Below, in pieces: positions 50,101 through 62,490 of a DNA stretch of 64,000 nt. Numbering within the stretch: the stretch's first letter is position 1; every line of letters starts with the position of its first letter. Origin of the DNA: Chiloscyllium plagiosum. Its lineage: Eukaryota. The stretch spans positions 23,821,073-23,885,072 of the forward strand of contig NC_057749.1 in NCBI RefSeq assembly GCF_004010195.1. Reading direction: 5' to 3'. Under the pieces are notes generated by a model. It made no database searches. It had not been told where the DNA came from and was given only the letters and a program-made list of their open reading frames with translations. The translations under genes were made by a program, and so were the position numbers.

Positions 50101-51000
50101 AGAGTCATAGAGATGTACACCATGTAAACAGATCCTTCAGGCCAACTCATCCAGGTTGACCAGATGTCCTAAACTGATCTAGTCCTGTTTGCTGCATTTG
50201 GCCCATCTTCCACTAAATGCTTCAGATTTATGTACCCATTCAGATGCTTTTTAATGTTGTAATTGTACCTATCTCCATCACTTCCTCTGGCAGCTCATTC
50301 CATACATGCACCACCCTCTGTGTGGAAACAAAATTACACCTTAGGTCTCTTTTATATCTTTCCTCTCTCACCTTTAAACCTGTGCCCTCTAGTTTTGGAC
50401 TCCCCTACCCTGGGAAAAGTTCCTTGAATATTCATCCTAACCATGCCCGTCAGCCTCTGTCACTCCAGGGAAAACCGTCCCAGCCTATTCAGCCTCTCCC
50501 TAAAGCTCAAGCCCTCCATTCCTGGCAACATCCTTGTAAATCTTTTTCGAACCCTTTCAAGTTTCACAACATCTTTCCTTCCAAAGAATTGAATGCAGTA
50601 TTCTGAAAGAACCAATCTTCTGTACAGCCACAACATGACCTTCCAACTCCTGCAATCAATGCACTTACCAATAAAGGCGAGCATGCCAAATACCTTCTTC
50701 ACTGCCCTAGGCGAAAGTGAGGACTGCAGATGCTGGAGATCAGAGTCAAGATTAGAGTGGTGCTGGAAAAGCACAGCAGGTCAGGCAGCATCCGAGGAGC
50801 AGGAAAGTCGACATTTCGGGCAAAAGCAAAAGTTTCCTCATGAAGGGCTTTTGCCCGAAATGTAGACTTTCCCTGCTCCTCGGATGCTGCCTGACCTGCT
50901 GTGCTTTTCCAGCACCACTCTAATCTTCTTCACTGCCCTGTCTACCTGCGATTCCACTTCCAAGGAATCTGCACTCCAAGGTCTCTTTGTTCAGCAACAC
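50101..51000 (-). mobile_element. CR1 3' part interrupted by a PLE fold-back element
   Basis: RAVKKVFGMLAFIG...KLERVRKRFTRMLPG. Confidence 0.9.
50709..50924. mobile_element. PLE-derived fold-back element; perfect 15-bp TSD
   Basis: cttcttcactgccct at 50694-50708 and 50925-50939; hammerhead core mutated (ctcatga, gaaatgta). Confidence 0.92.
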
Positions 51001-51377
51001 TCCTCCTGTATTCACAAATGTCTTCCTCCTTCCGTCCGACTCTGGGCCCATGTACATTGCTGATTTTGATTGATCCTCTTTTGACCTTGATCCTTCCGGT
51101 TTCCAGATCTAGAACATCATCCTGAACCCCTCTGCTTCCCACTCCTCCTCAAAGCACACATTAAAATCTGTTTTATTGTTGCCTTATGTAGTCAAATAGA
51201 GTCATATGTGGTCTGATAACACTCCTGTGAAGCATTACAAGATTTTTATTGCATTAAAGGACACTAATAAACATGTTTATTAATGTCACATTGATTCAAG
51301 TCAGATGTTTTCTCCCAAGAGCCAAAGCAGTGTAGTGGTAATAGAGAATAATGTTCTAGGGATATTGGTTCATCGTA

Positions 51378-51651
51378 GTGGCAGGTTGGCTCAGCGCCAG
51401 CGACCTGGGTTTGATTCCATTCTTGGGTGACTGTACAAACTCCACACCCGACATTCTCCCCGTGTCAGCGCGGGTTTCCTCCGGGTGCTCTGGTTTCCTC
51501 CCACAGTCCAAAGATGTGCAGGTTAGATGGATTGGCCATGGGAAATGCAAGGTTACAGGGATACAGAAGGAGGGTGGGACGCTGTTTAGAGAGTTGGTAC
51601 GGACTCGATGGGCTGAATGGCCTTTCGCACTGTAGTGTTTCTATGATTCTA
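51378..51651 (+). mobile_element. Diverged HE1-type SINE
   Basis: HE1 body cacagtccaaagatgtgcaggttag. Confidence 0.8.
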
Positions 51652-52425
51652 TGGCAAAAGGTGGTGTTTTAATCCAGTTAAGGAAATCCGGCCTTTGAAG
51701 GTCACTTGTGGTGCAGTGGTAGTGTCCAATCTCTGAACTAGAAGGCAGGGGTTCACGTCTCATCCACTCCAAAAGTATGTATTAACACCTCCGAATAGAT
51801 TGGTTAGGAAATACCTCGGCCTGGAATTGAAAACTAGCCTCCATCATGGTGAACGTGCCAACTATTGGCGATCGATGGAGAGAATGCAGAGTTAACATAT
51901 TGAATCGAGAGTACAATTCAGAAGATGGGTCACTGTTCTCGAAACTTGTACTCTGCTTTCTCGCCCCAGATGCTGCAGGACCCACCTGAGTTTCTTCAGC
52001 AATTTTCGCTGTTGTTACCAGCTATTTGACTCCTTATCTTCTTTGTACCATCACCTTAACCCGGTAGCTGCCTCCAAGATAATTTTACAATGAACCAGTT
52101 ATCTGTCTTTTCATGGCTCGATGTAGACCTGTGAATTCTATGCCATTACCTAGCTAGTTATTAATTAATGGAAATGCATGTCTTTGGTGGCATTCTGTTA
52201 AAGCAGAGCTCATGGAATGAGCTGCTGTTTGAGAGACCAAGAGTCCTTGGCATCCTTTTGTAGACGTCCCTTGTTATAGTTCACTATAATTAGTTAATGA
52301 GGAATATGTTTGCAATGAGAATGTGTTGGGGAGTCAGGGTGTGCAGATAACAAGGTGTTGAGCTTTTGTAGGATGTATATTCCTTGCTGTTTGAAGTACA
52401 ATGCTATCAAGCGTTGTTATATTTC

Positions 52426-52665
52426 ATTCTCCCTGTGTCTGTGTGGGTTTCCTCCTGGTGCTCCTGCTTCTTCCTACAATCCAAAGGTTAGGTGAATTGG
52501 CCATGCTAAATTGCCTAGAGTATTCAGGGATGTGTAGGTTAGACGCATTAGTAAAGGGATATGTAAAGTAATGGGTTAGGAGAATGGGTCTGGGTGGGAT
52601 ACTCTTCTGAGAGTCGGTGTGGACTTGTTGGGCCGAATGGCCTGTTTCCACACTGTCGGGATTCT
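52426..52665 (+). mobile_element. 5'-truncated HE1-type SINE
   Basis: HE1 body and 3' end. Confidence 0.85.
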
Positions 52666-53139
52666 TTGATTTCCGGGAACGAAATCCCAAGTTCCACTGG
52701 ATGACCAAGTTTCGGAAGTGCAATCAATATCAGTCTTGGCTTTATTGGAAAGTGGGAGAGATCTCAAATGGATACCCATGACTTTCACAACCTCAGGATG
52801 TCCTGCAGCACTTGAGAACGATGCTCATTGGCTAGGAACGCTACTCCTTCGAGAAAAAGTGGGGCAGTCATTTTAAACTCAACAAGATCTTCCCAAAACG
52901 TATAGGAATGAATAACTGGACATTACATTTCACTGGGTTTGACTGAAGAATGTTGAGCAGGACATGAGCAGAGCATTTATTTTTGTTCACTAACAGTAGA
53001 GCTGGTGGTTGATTTTTGTCCACTGAGAAATGGGCAGATAAGTCTTAATTTTACAAAATGTCTGACAATGCAGTACTCCCTCAGTTACATATAGAAATGT
53101 CCGCTCAATAATATGCACATTAAGCTACCTGAAAGTATA

Positions 53140-53707
53140 TTATGACGATAGCCCTAGATACTTATTACAAAGGGAAGTGCCAGGTGGTGTGTTCCAGATG
53201 CAATTTGAGTGGTTAAACTACCAGTCTTGATGCAAAGTGCACTTTATTCATACGCTGTAGTTAAAACACAACAAAAGAAAGAAGAAATTGGAATAACAAC
53301 TCTATCGGAAAACTTAACAGAATAATAGGTTATTTAACTACTGAACAGTAACTGTTCCAAATATAGTGACATCCCATAAACACACCCTTGGCAAAGGCAA
53401 ATTCAGCAAAATAGATGATCTCACATTCTATTCTCCAGTCTAGGAAAGGACAGAGAGAGACAGAGATGTACTGCAGCTTCAAGGCCCCAGCAATTGTTTC
53501 TGAAAAAACTAAAACTAAAAACTCCTGGCTCTGAGGGAGTTTGACCCCACCCATTCAGACTGCTTCTACTGTTCCAACCTCTCTTTTTTTTAAGAAAAAA
53601 CCCAAGCCTCTCAAACTGTTTACTTCATTTGATTCAAATTGACAGCTCAGTGTCTCTGTCTTAAAACCAGGGTGAAATACATCTCGTAAAATCGTAGCAT
53701 TGTCACA
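53140..53707 (-). mobile_element. Solo-LTR-like repeat
   Basis: Minus strand starts tgtgacaatgct and contains gcatctggaacac and ctagggcta...cataata, like the other copies. Confidence 0.55.
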
Positions 53708-54264
53708 GCACAATCTATTTGGTCAAGTTCAGTAATTTGGCATAATTCAGAGGTTCCAAGTTATGCTCCAAGGTCAGACAGACTCTACATGAGCTTCTGT
53801 TCATGTACACAGCAGTTTGACCATGAACTGTGTGCCAGTGAGAGAGCGAACTGTAGGATGTACTATGTCATTACACCAAAAGGACAGGATTCAGGATGCA
53901 TCATTGGGGGAAAGAAAACTGACAAGCTCCTCACTGACCTGGCTCCTAAGATTTCTCTGTTGGGATGAATACTGCGGTAGTTTTCAAATGATCTACCGTG
54001 ACAAAAAGAGAAGTGAGTTGTGAAATGTTTGGGAAGCAGTGTTGCTTTATCGGAGACTGTGTCTGTGCTTCCAGTTCCTCCTGGAGTCTGTGTCTGTTCT
54101 CGAAGGGAGTACCCTGCTGATGAGAATTGGTCTCCTGATAAGGTGACCCTCAGACAGAGCTCAAGACCTTCTGCGTTCACATTCACACCAACTTGCCAAT
54201 TCAGTTTGGCTTTTTCTTACTCCCCAGTGACAAACCTGGTACCAAGTCCCTCATCCCTGCAGGT

Positions 54265-54610
54265 GTCATAGAGTCATAGAGACGTGCAGCACAGAAACAG
54301 ACCCTTCTGTCCAAGCCGTCCATGCCGACTTGATATCCCAACCTAATCCAGTCCCATTTACAAGCACTTGACCCATATCCCTTTAAACTCTTCCTATTCA
54401 TATTCCCATCCAGCCTTTAAATTGCTGTAATTGTACCAGCCTCCACCACTTCCGCTGGCAGATCATTCCATACATGCACCACCCTCTGTGTGAAAATGTT
54501 GCCCCCTTAGGTCCCTTCTGAATCTTACCCCCTCCCCCTAAACCTCTGGCCTCTAGTTCTGGATCTCCCCCACTCTAGGGAAAAGGCCATGTCTGTTTAT
54601 CCTGCCCAGG
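54265..54610 (-). mobile_element. CR1 3' end
   Basis: gtcatagagtcataga tail and CR1 C-terminal region. Confidence 0.9.
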
Positions 54611-54957
54611 GTTTGGGGAAATACCTGTCTCCAGTTGCCATCACTCATCATCTTGTCCCTCCTCTTGGATGCAGCAAACCCCATGACTGTGGTCTAGGAC
54701 TGCAGAAGCAGCTAACCAATCCAACAGGGAGGATGTCCACCTCTAAGCCTGGTTAGCCTGCACTCGGTGTAGACGCATTGAGAGGCAAGCTTTTTAAAGG
54801 TCTGCCTGTCTGAGACCGTTTCCTTCCAAAGGAGGGATAGGGCCAGCAAATAGTCCACATCCTCCTTCATAAAATCCAGCGCCATGTTTTCCCTACAAGT
54901 TCACAAATCACCTTCACCTTCACGTGAGGTTGGATAAATCAAGCAGCCCAGCTCTAT

Positions 54958-55720
54958 AAGACTCGAGGTAGGCTACATTTGGAATACTGTGTGCAGTTCT
55001 GTTCGCCGTATTATAGGGGGGGATGTGGAGGCTTTGGAGAGGGTGCAGAAGAGGTATCTCAGGGTGTGGCCCTGATTGGAGTGCTCAAGCTATAAGGAGA
55101 CGGTGGGCAAATTTGGGTTGTTTTCATGAGAATGTCAGAGGCTGAGGGCTGACTCGATACAAGTATATAAAGACTTGCCCCATCTCACTAGAATCTTTAC
55201 ATACGGATGAGGAAGGACACCACTTTGACTGGGACAACACATCCATCCTAGGACAAGCCAAACAGAGATATGCACGAGAATTCCTAGAAGCATGGCATTC
55301 CAATCGGAACTCAATCAACAAACACATCGACTTGGATCCCGTTTACCACTCCCTGAGAAAAAGAACAGGAAATGACATCACCACAGGAAATGATGTCATC
55401 AACCCACGGAAACCTAACCATCTAAATAAAAAATTGGCCATACCACCAGTGCTTCAGTGGAGGCTCACTGATGATGTTACAGCGTGTGGTGACGAAACAT
55501 CTGAAAACAAACCTTCCCGCTCAGCGAGCAAACATACCTCCAGAAGTATATATTATGAGAGGCATGGATAGGGTGCATAGTCAAAATCTGTTTCCCAGAT
55601 TGGAAATGTCAAATATTAGAGGGCATAGGTTTCAAGTGAGAGTGGGAGAGTTTAAGAGGGACATGTGAGGTAAGTTTTGCTCTCCACAGTGGATGGTGGA
55701 TGCATGGAATGCGCTGTTCG
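54958..55720 (+). mobile_element. Degraded CR1 3' part interrupted by a PLE fragment
   Basis: ttggaatactgtgtgcagttct...; resumes at 55553 with ttatgagaggcatggataggg. Confidence 0.85.
55170..55543 (+). mobile_element. 5'-truncated PLE of the second family: GIY-YIG C-terminus plus hammerhead motif; 9-bp TSD
   Basis: LHTDEEGHHFDWDNTSILGQAKQRYAREFLEAWHSNRNSINKH; aagtatata at 55161-55169 and 55544-55552; TCA-CTGATGA-T-GTTAC..GTGAC-GAAAC-ATC-TGA at 55465-55504. Confidence 0.85.
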
Positions 55721-55809
55721 GGGACACCTTAGGAGGATGGGAAAGTATTTGATGAAGCAGCTGCAGATGGTTGGGCCTAGGACACTATCCTGTAGAGGTG
55801 TAGAGCCCT

Positions 55810-55925
55810 TGAGGCATAGTGGTAGTGTCCCTATCTCTGAGCCAGGAGAACCTGATTCAAATCCCACCTGCTCCAGAGATGTCATAATCGTAACATTCCT
55901 GAATGTGTTGGTCAGAAAATATCTA
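55810..55925 (+). mobile_element. Short tRNA-like SINE (third family)
   Basis: gcatagtggtagtgtccctatctctgagccaggag...gattcaaatcccacctgctccagag; related copies at about 9862-9950 (-), 33690-33800, 51706-51815 and 58478-58575. Confidence 0.65.
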
Positions 55926-56506
55926 CTCTGCAGGCACAGGAATGTGGTACTGTGGGCGGCCTAGGATCATTGCTCCAGAGGTGTCATAGCATCACTGAAC
56001 AATCTGATTAAAAGAAATCTATCTTGCAAAAATGTGCTGAGACTGAGAGGTCTGGTCTCCAATAACTGCAAGCATCTCAATCAGCGCACAAGTTCAAAAG
56101 AATTCTAATGACCCTGTACACTGTCGTGTTTTTTATGCGTGTTGTTTATGCATTGAAATGCAGTGGGGAGAAGGTCAGTAATGCAATATTCTAAAAGTTG
56201 TGAAGGATGACTGGACATTGAGTGTATGTATTTGAAACTGATCCATGTCGCCATTGTTAAGTCAATGGGACTGGTATCTTCCTGGGTATGCAGAATGCCT
56301 CCATCTGTTGCCAGTTTCTAAACTTGTGTCAACCCAGTGTCATAACTTGGCAAGATCGCCTGGAGTTCACAAAACATCAGTGTAAGGAGCGAGTGAGTGT
56401 TATTCCTGCAGTGCTCAGGCTTGGATGGACCAATGCAGTCAGGAAGTAAACCACCAAGCCTCTTTCCAATTGGCCAGCGCTGGCCATTAGAAGCCGACAA
56501 CTTGAT

Positions 56507-56824
56507 GGGCAGCATGGTGGCTCAGTGGTCAGCACTGCGGCCTCACAGCGCAAGGGACTGGGTTCGATTCCGGGTGTGTGGAGTTGCACATTTTCCTCGT
56601 GTGTGCGTGGGTTTCCTCAGGGTGCTCCTGTTTCCTCCTACTATCCAAAGGTGTGCAGTGTAGGTGGATTGGCCATGCTAAGTTTCCCATAGTGTCCAGG
56701 GATATAAAGGTTAGGTGGGTTAGTCGTGGGAAATGCGGGATTACGGGAATAGGGTAAAGGGGAGGTGGGGTCTGGGTGGCCTCGATGGTCGATTGGCCTT
56801 CTTCCACACTGTAGGGGTTCTGTG
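56507..56824 (+). mobile_element. HE1-type SINE
   Basis: gggcagcatggtggctcagtgg; gggttcgattcc. Confidence 0.88.
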
Positions 56825-57151
56825 ATAGATCCATAGCTTAATGGGGCAAGCTCTCCTGAGAACAGTACAAATGACACATGGTGGAAGCACAGTCAACAAA
56901 GAGCAGTAGAGTAACCAATCTCGGAACTGGTAAAATATACTGACACCCCAGCAGAGCATGTTTAATGTGGTGAAGTATTACATTTTTGGCAGAATGATCG
57001 GGGCGAAACAGTGCAAAGTAAATGGTAAATATTTTTTTCACAAGGCCTGCAGTGGCAGTGTGAAGTAAATGTACACAAAGTAGCAGAACAAATAAACAGG
57101 CCGCATCCTGGCCTTTTGGCTGGAGACACGTGGAGTTTAAACTCAAGGACG

Positions 57152-57507
57152 TTAGAGTCATAGAATCCCTACAGTGTGGAAACAGGTCATTTGGCCCAAC
57201 AAGTCCACACCGACCCTCTGAAGAGTAACCCACCCAGCCCCGTTCCCCTACCTTATTATCCTACATTTACCCCTGACTAATGCACCTAACCTACACATCC
57301 CTGATTACTCTGGGCAATTTAGCCTGGCCAATTCACCTAACCTGCACATCTTTGGATTGTGGGAGGAAACTGGAGCACCCGGAGGAAACCCACACAGACA
57401 CAGGGAGAACGTGCAAACTCCACACAGACAATCACCTGAGGCTGGAATCGAACCTGGGTCCCTGGTGCTGTGAGGCAGCAGTGCTAACCACTGGGTCATT
57501 GTGCCGC
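57152..57507 (-). mobile_element. HE1-type SINE, full length
   Basis: Complete head, body and tail. Confidence 0.93.
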
Positions 57508-57649
57508 TGATACAAAGTTGTTAGAAAATTTTTTCTTTGAGTAAAATCTCAGGTTTTGTCCCCAGCTTGGAGGATTGAGAATATGACCTGCTCACTGCAC
57601 TTTAGGACAGATATCGAGGTGAGGTAATGCTGCAGAGTTTTTTCAAAAA

Positions 57650-57935
57650 GTTCATTCACAGAATGAGGACGTCACTGGCTAGACCCGCATTTATCACCCA
57701 TCCAGATAAGGTTGCTGTGGGTCTGGAGTCACATCGAGGCCAGACCAGGTAAGGATGGCAGTTTCCTTCCCCACAGGACATTAGTGAACCAGACAGATTT
57801 TTCCCACAATCAATAATGGAATCATTGTTATCAATAGATTCTTAATTCCAGATATTTTGAATTGAATTCAAATTCCACCTTCTGCCATGGTGGGATTTGA
57901 ATCTGGGTCCCCTGAATGTTAGCTGGATTACCAGT
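57650..57935 (-). mobile_element. Second SINE family copy
   Basis: Matches 2810-3160. Confidence 0.72.
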
Positions 57936-60717
57936 CATAGAGATGTACAGCACAGAAACAGACCCTGCGGTCCAACTCATCCATGCTGACCAGTATCCCA
58001 AACTAATCTAGTCCCATTTGCCAGTACTTGGTAAACATCCCTCTTAAATCCTTCCCAAATGATAATACCACCAGCCCATTGCCTCTCCTAAACATGAAAG
58101 CTCCCAGTTCTGAAAGACCTCAGTTAGTTGACAATGCAGTTGGGATGGTTGTTCTTGTGGTAGAAGTTGAGGAGAAATGGCTTTGGATGTGGAAAGGGTG
58201 AGGTAGGGAAGCTGGCTAACCAGAAGACAGATTGAAGGTGATTGGCGAAGGAGTCCGAAACGACCGGGAATTGGCATGCTGTTGCCTCCAATGGGATAAT
58301 TGATTGGCTGTGGAAATGCTTATATTATCTCTTAACATAAAACGCAGGGCTCAGAATGATGCTGAGCATCAGTGAACACCCTCAATTCTGACATGCAGAT
58401 GAAGGCACGGCAATTAGAGCTACTGAAGATAATTAGGCCTTGGATACTACCCTGAGGAACCCGGAACAGGGGCTCTGGTGCAGATGTGGTGTCCCTACCT
58501 CTGAGCCAAAAGGCCCGAGTTTAAGCCCCATCTGCTCCAGAGGGGTGCCATAACATCTCTGACAAATTGATTAAGCGCACCAAGAGTTGAATTTAACCTC
58601 ACCATCTTAAGATTTGCCTCTTGTCTCTGCTGATGCCTCCCAGTTCAGTGTCACATTTTGTTTGGTGTTTCTATGAAGCAGCTTAGAATGTGTCTTCAAA
58701 AACTGCATGGATGCAAGTTGTTGGAGGATGGACAAGTCCTCTCCAGAGATTGGTGGACTGTGGCAGGAGGATTTGTTCTGGAGTACAGTTCAACAAGTAT
58801 GCACCACCAGCAGTATTCAAACAACCCTGTGGTCCCCTTGCATCAGCATTTTCATAACACGTTATCCTGCCAGCAAAACTGATTTCTGGGTCACAAAATC
58901 TGTAATTAGTTGTGAAAGTTAACTTTGTGGTAGGTACCATCAATCATTACACTTTGGGTTTCATGTGCGTGTGGTGGACGGTGGTTGGGAACTTGCAAAA
59001 AGTTTTATACTCAAGTTGGTTGTGGTGTTAGTTGTATCGGTGACGATCGGGGAGATTGGTTGGAGAGTTTAGCAAAGGGACGACAAAACAATTGGCAGTT
59101 ATTGGGGGCTTTCTTGAAGTTTGACAGGAGTGTTACTCGTATATTACTGAAGAGACATACTTTGTCAAAACATCTCGTCTCGCGATCAGCAGGACAAGTC
59201 ACAAGAATACCACTTCAAGGAGAAAAGCCAACATTTAGACTAGAGAAGATGAAAGTGCGAATTGTTTGGCAAATGGAAGGTGATGCGGAGAATGCGCAAC
59301 TGATGATGGTTGGCAGTTAACTGCCAGATTTTATTTAAATGTTGAACTAGGCAGATTAACTCTGACTCACATTGGTTAGGGCGTAATGCTGAGAAAGGAG
59401 CCAGTGAATTGCTGTTACCTCTGTTCTTTTGAACCAGGCCCTGTAAGTACACTTGTTCTGTCTGCCTACAAAGAGCAGGGCCCTGTGTAATTTATATATA
59501 TATATACAAGCAAGCGCACTGCACTCTGAACTGGATGGTCAGTCCTGCATTGGTGCCTGTGTAATTCTTTGTGCACTTGGGATTATTCAGCAAGTGTTAT
59601 GCATACCTAATGAAGGTGGCTATGTTATGAATTTTGCAAGTGAAGTCTTGCTGGCAATGGTCTGTATTATGCTTTTTGGTTTAGATTGTGGCATTAAGAT
59701 GCTGGTCTTATCTGTAGGATAGCCTTCTTCCTGCCGACGGAAATCCCTTTTCTACTTCCACGGCAAACTCTACGGAGGCTGAATTAATCCAATTTTTATT
59801 TTCCTATATGTGAACGGTTCAATGGAAAAAAGATTCCCCCTGAAAGTCTGTGCCTGGCCAAAAACCCTCGGGATTTTGGGCTTAGTCTGTTCATTCTGTC
59901 AGAGTGAGGGGTGGGGTCAAATGGCTTTGGCATCCAGTTATTTTCTCAGGTTTGCAGCCACAGGATGTGAGCCTCTGGAAAACGTGAATCTTTCAATTCC
60001 CCAAGCAGCAAGGTGTCTGTCTTTACACTGGTTAGGTTGTTACTGAACAGAAGGACCTTCATCCCATTGTACCCGTGCTGGCTCTCTGAATGTGCGAGTC
60101 ACATGATGCCATGCTCCCTCCTCACCCTGCATTCTGATCCTCCTCAGGGGGTGCTCTCATTCCCTTTTGTGAGTGCATGTGTTGAACCTGCCTTCACCAC
60201 ACTTCCAGGCAATGCATTCCCAGACCCTAACCGCTCGCTGTGCAAAATAGATTTCTCTCCTGTCACTTCGCTGCTTTTGCCAATTGCTTTCAGCCTGTGT
60301 CCAAACAGTTTCTGACTCTCGCATTTGTACTGACCCCTCGTGATTCTGAATGTCTCTATCAGGTCTCCTCTCTGTCTTCACACTTCCACGGAGAGCTGTC
60401 CCGACCTCTCCTTATCCCGTACAAGATCTCTGCTGACATTGGCTTTTCGTTTCTCTTGCCTTTCACCTTTCTGCCTAATGCACCGTTGGCCAATGGGGTC
60501 CAAAGGGAGTTCCATTTGTACAAGGCTCTTGTTAGGTAACATCTGGGAGTCAATCAATGTGCGAACCTAGTTATATTTCAGGGTGGGTGCAGCATTGAGA
60601 GTGCAGTGAAGGCTCACTAAGGGGAGATCTGGTTCGAGAGAATGTGAAGGGTTTTGTTCAGTGAAATGGTCTTGGGAGTTTCCTGAAAATGTCTAAGGAA
60701 TCAGAGGATGATCTGAC

Positions 60718-61342
60718 TATACAATGGCGTTAGGCAGTGTACTGTGCCTTTTTTTAAATGAAGAAATGTTGAGACAGAGATACTGAGCACTCTGCTCCAA
60801 AGCCAGTAAAGAGCTTGTGAGGCCTTGAGTATTTTCTTAAAGTTGGAACAAAAGAAGCAGTCTGGCTGGGTGGGGTCTAGCTCCCGTAGAACCAGGATTT
60901 TTTTTTCAGTTTGAGCTTCAGTAATGGTTGCTGCTGGGGTCTTGAAGCTGGACGTGGAAGCGCTTTTTCCTCTGTCTGTTACAGCTGAAAGCTGGGGGTT
61001 CTCTTCCTGCTGTTAGATTGTATGTGAGGCAATCTATTTTACTGAATTTGCCAAGGGTGTGTTTATGGGCTGTTATTATATTGGAACAATTAGTCAGTAA
61101 TAGTTACTGTGTCTATTATTTTGTTACGTCTTTCGATAGAGTTACAGTGAAGCCAGTTCTTTTATTTTGTCTATATTTTAATCGTAATACAAAAAAAAGT
61201 GTTTGGTTTAACATCTAATAGTTTGACCAATTGTATTGCATCTGGAGTTCAACATCTTACACTTACAGTGAAAATAAGATAACGTTAGGGTCTATGCCAT
61301 CTTCGTCATATATTTTGATTCGGTTTGGTCTTGTCCATCACA
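60718..61342 (+). mobile_element. Solo-LTR-like repeat
   Basis: gtgtactgtgcctt near the start; ttgcatctggag...gttagggtctatg...gtccatcaca at the end. Confidence 0.55.
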
Positions 61343-62204
61343 GTGGGAAGTGCGAGATTTTCGTTTCCTTCGGTGGTTGAATGGTGATAATTTGACGCAA
61401 TGAGTAAATGGCTTTGAAGATCAAAGTGTGGAATTTAGATATTTTCTGACGAGTGGCTATTGAGACAGACACGATGATTTCATTCGACAAGTTTTCACGT
61501 GTTTGAGAAAGTACAACGTACAAACAAATCCAGAAAGGGGAGCAAATGAGACTTAAGTGGGTAGTTCTAGATAAAACCTTCATGTTTACATGTCGCTATA
61601 CTGTCAATGACTGTCTCACACAATATGTTTCAGCTTGAACTTCAATTACTAGTGTGTCTGAAGTATATCTTCAATCAGTGCTTCCCAAATCTTTTTGAGG
61701 CTTGGAAGTTATGATCCCCTCAGTACAAGCTGAGAGCCTGGGGGCCTGTTAGGGCAGTCAGAGAAAGCTAGAAAATAGGACTAGGTCATTCGGCCCTTCG
61801 AGCCTGCTCCGCCGTTCATCCAATATGGCCGATCATCTAACTCAGTCCCCTGTTCTCGCGTTCTTCCCCCAGGCTCTTTGACCCCTCTCGCCATAAGAAC
61901 TTGGATCTCAGAACCTCAATGTTTTAGATGACAATCCCACTTGAGATCCTAACCCCTCCTCCTCTGTTTGGGATGTTCTGCTTTAGATGTTGATTTGTGA
62001 ACAAAGCTGTTGATGGGTCCTGTTTGGGTGGAATCTAAAATGGTTGGGGCGTGGAAACTGACCACTTGACCCTCAGCTCTCTGGTGCTTTGGTCAGCTAC
62101 AACCATCACATCAAATGCCGTTCTACTCCAATCCTCTTTGGAGTAGTTAACTAAATCCTCCCTTAAATTCAGGAGAAAAGTGAAATATTGCAGATGCTGG
62201 AAAT

Positions 62205-62490
62205 AGGACATAGAACAGAACAGCACTGGAACAGGCCCTTCGGCCCACGATGTTGTGCCGAACATGGCACCAAATATGGTCCATATCTCTCCATTCCTTG
62301 CATATTCATGCACTTCTCTAAAAGCCCCGTAAACTCCCCTATCGTGTCTGCCTCCAGCACCACCCCAGCTCCAGACTCCTACCACTCTATGTTTTGAAAA
62401 AAAAACCTGTCCCTCACATCTCCTTTGAACTTTCACCCTCTCATCTGAAATGCATGCCCCACATTATTAGACATTTCACCTCTCGGGAGA
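62205..62490 (-). mobile_element. CR1 3' end
   Basis: catagaacagaacagcac tail and ggcccttcggccc. Confidence 0.85.

Noticed and set aside
53789..53968. 59-aa ORF with a GCIIGG motif reminiscent of KH domains
   Set aside because: Lacks the correct GxxG context and splice signals; probably coincidental.
54710..54890. Short minus-strand ORF MALDFMKEDVDYLLALSLLWKE...
   Set aside because: About 57 aa; I cannot assign homology; may be a degraded transposon remnant.
58620..59800. Repeat-poor stretch with 70-110 aa ORFs
   Set aside because: No recognisable domain or convincing splice pair; could be regulatory, but needs conservation data.
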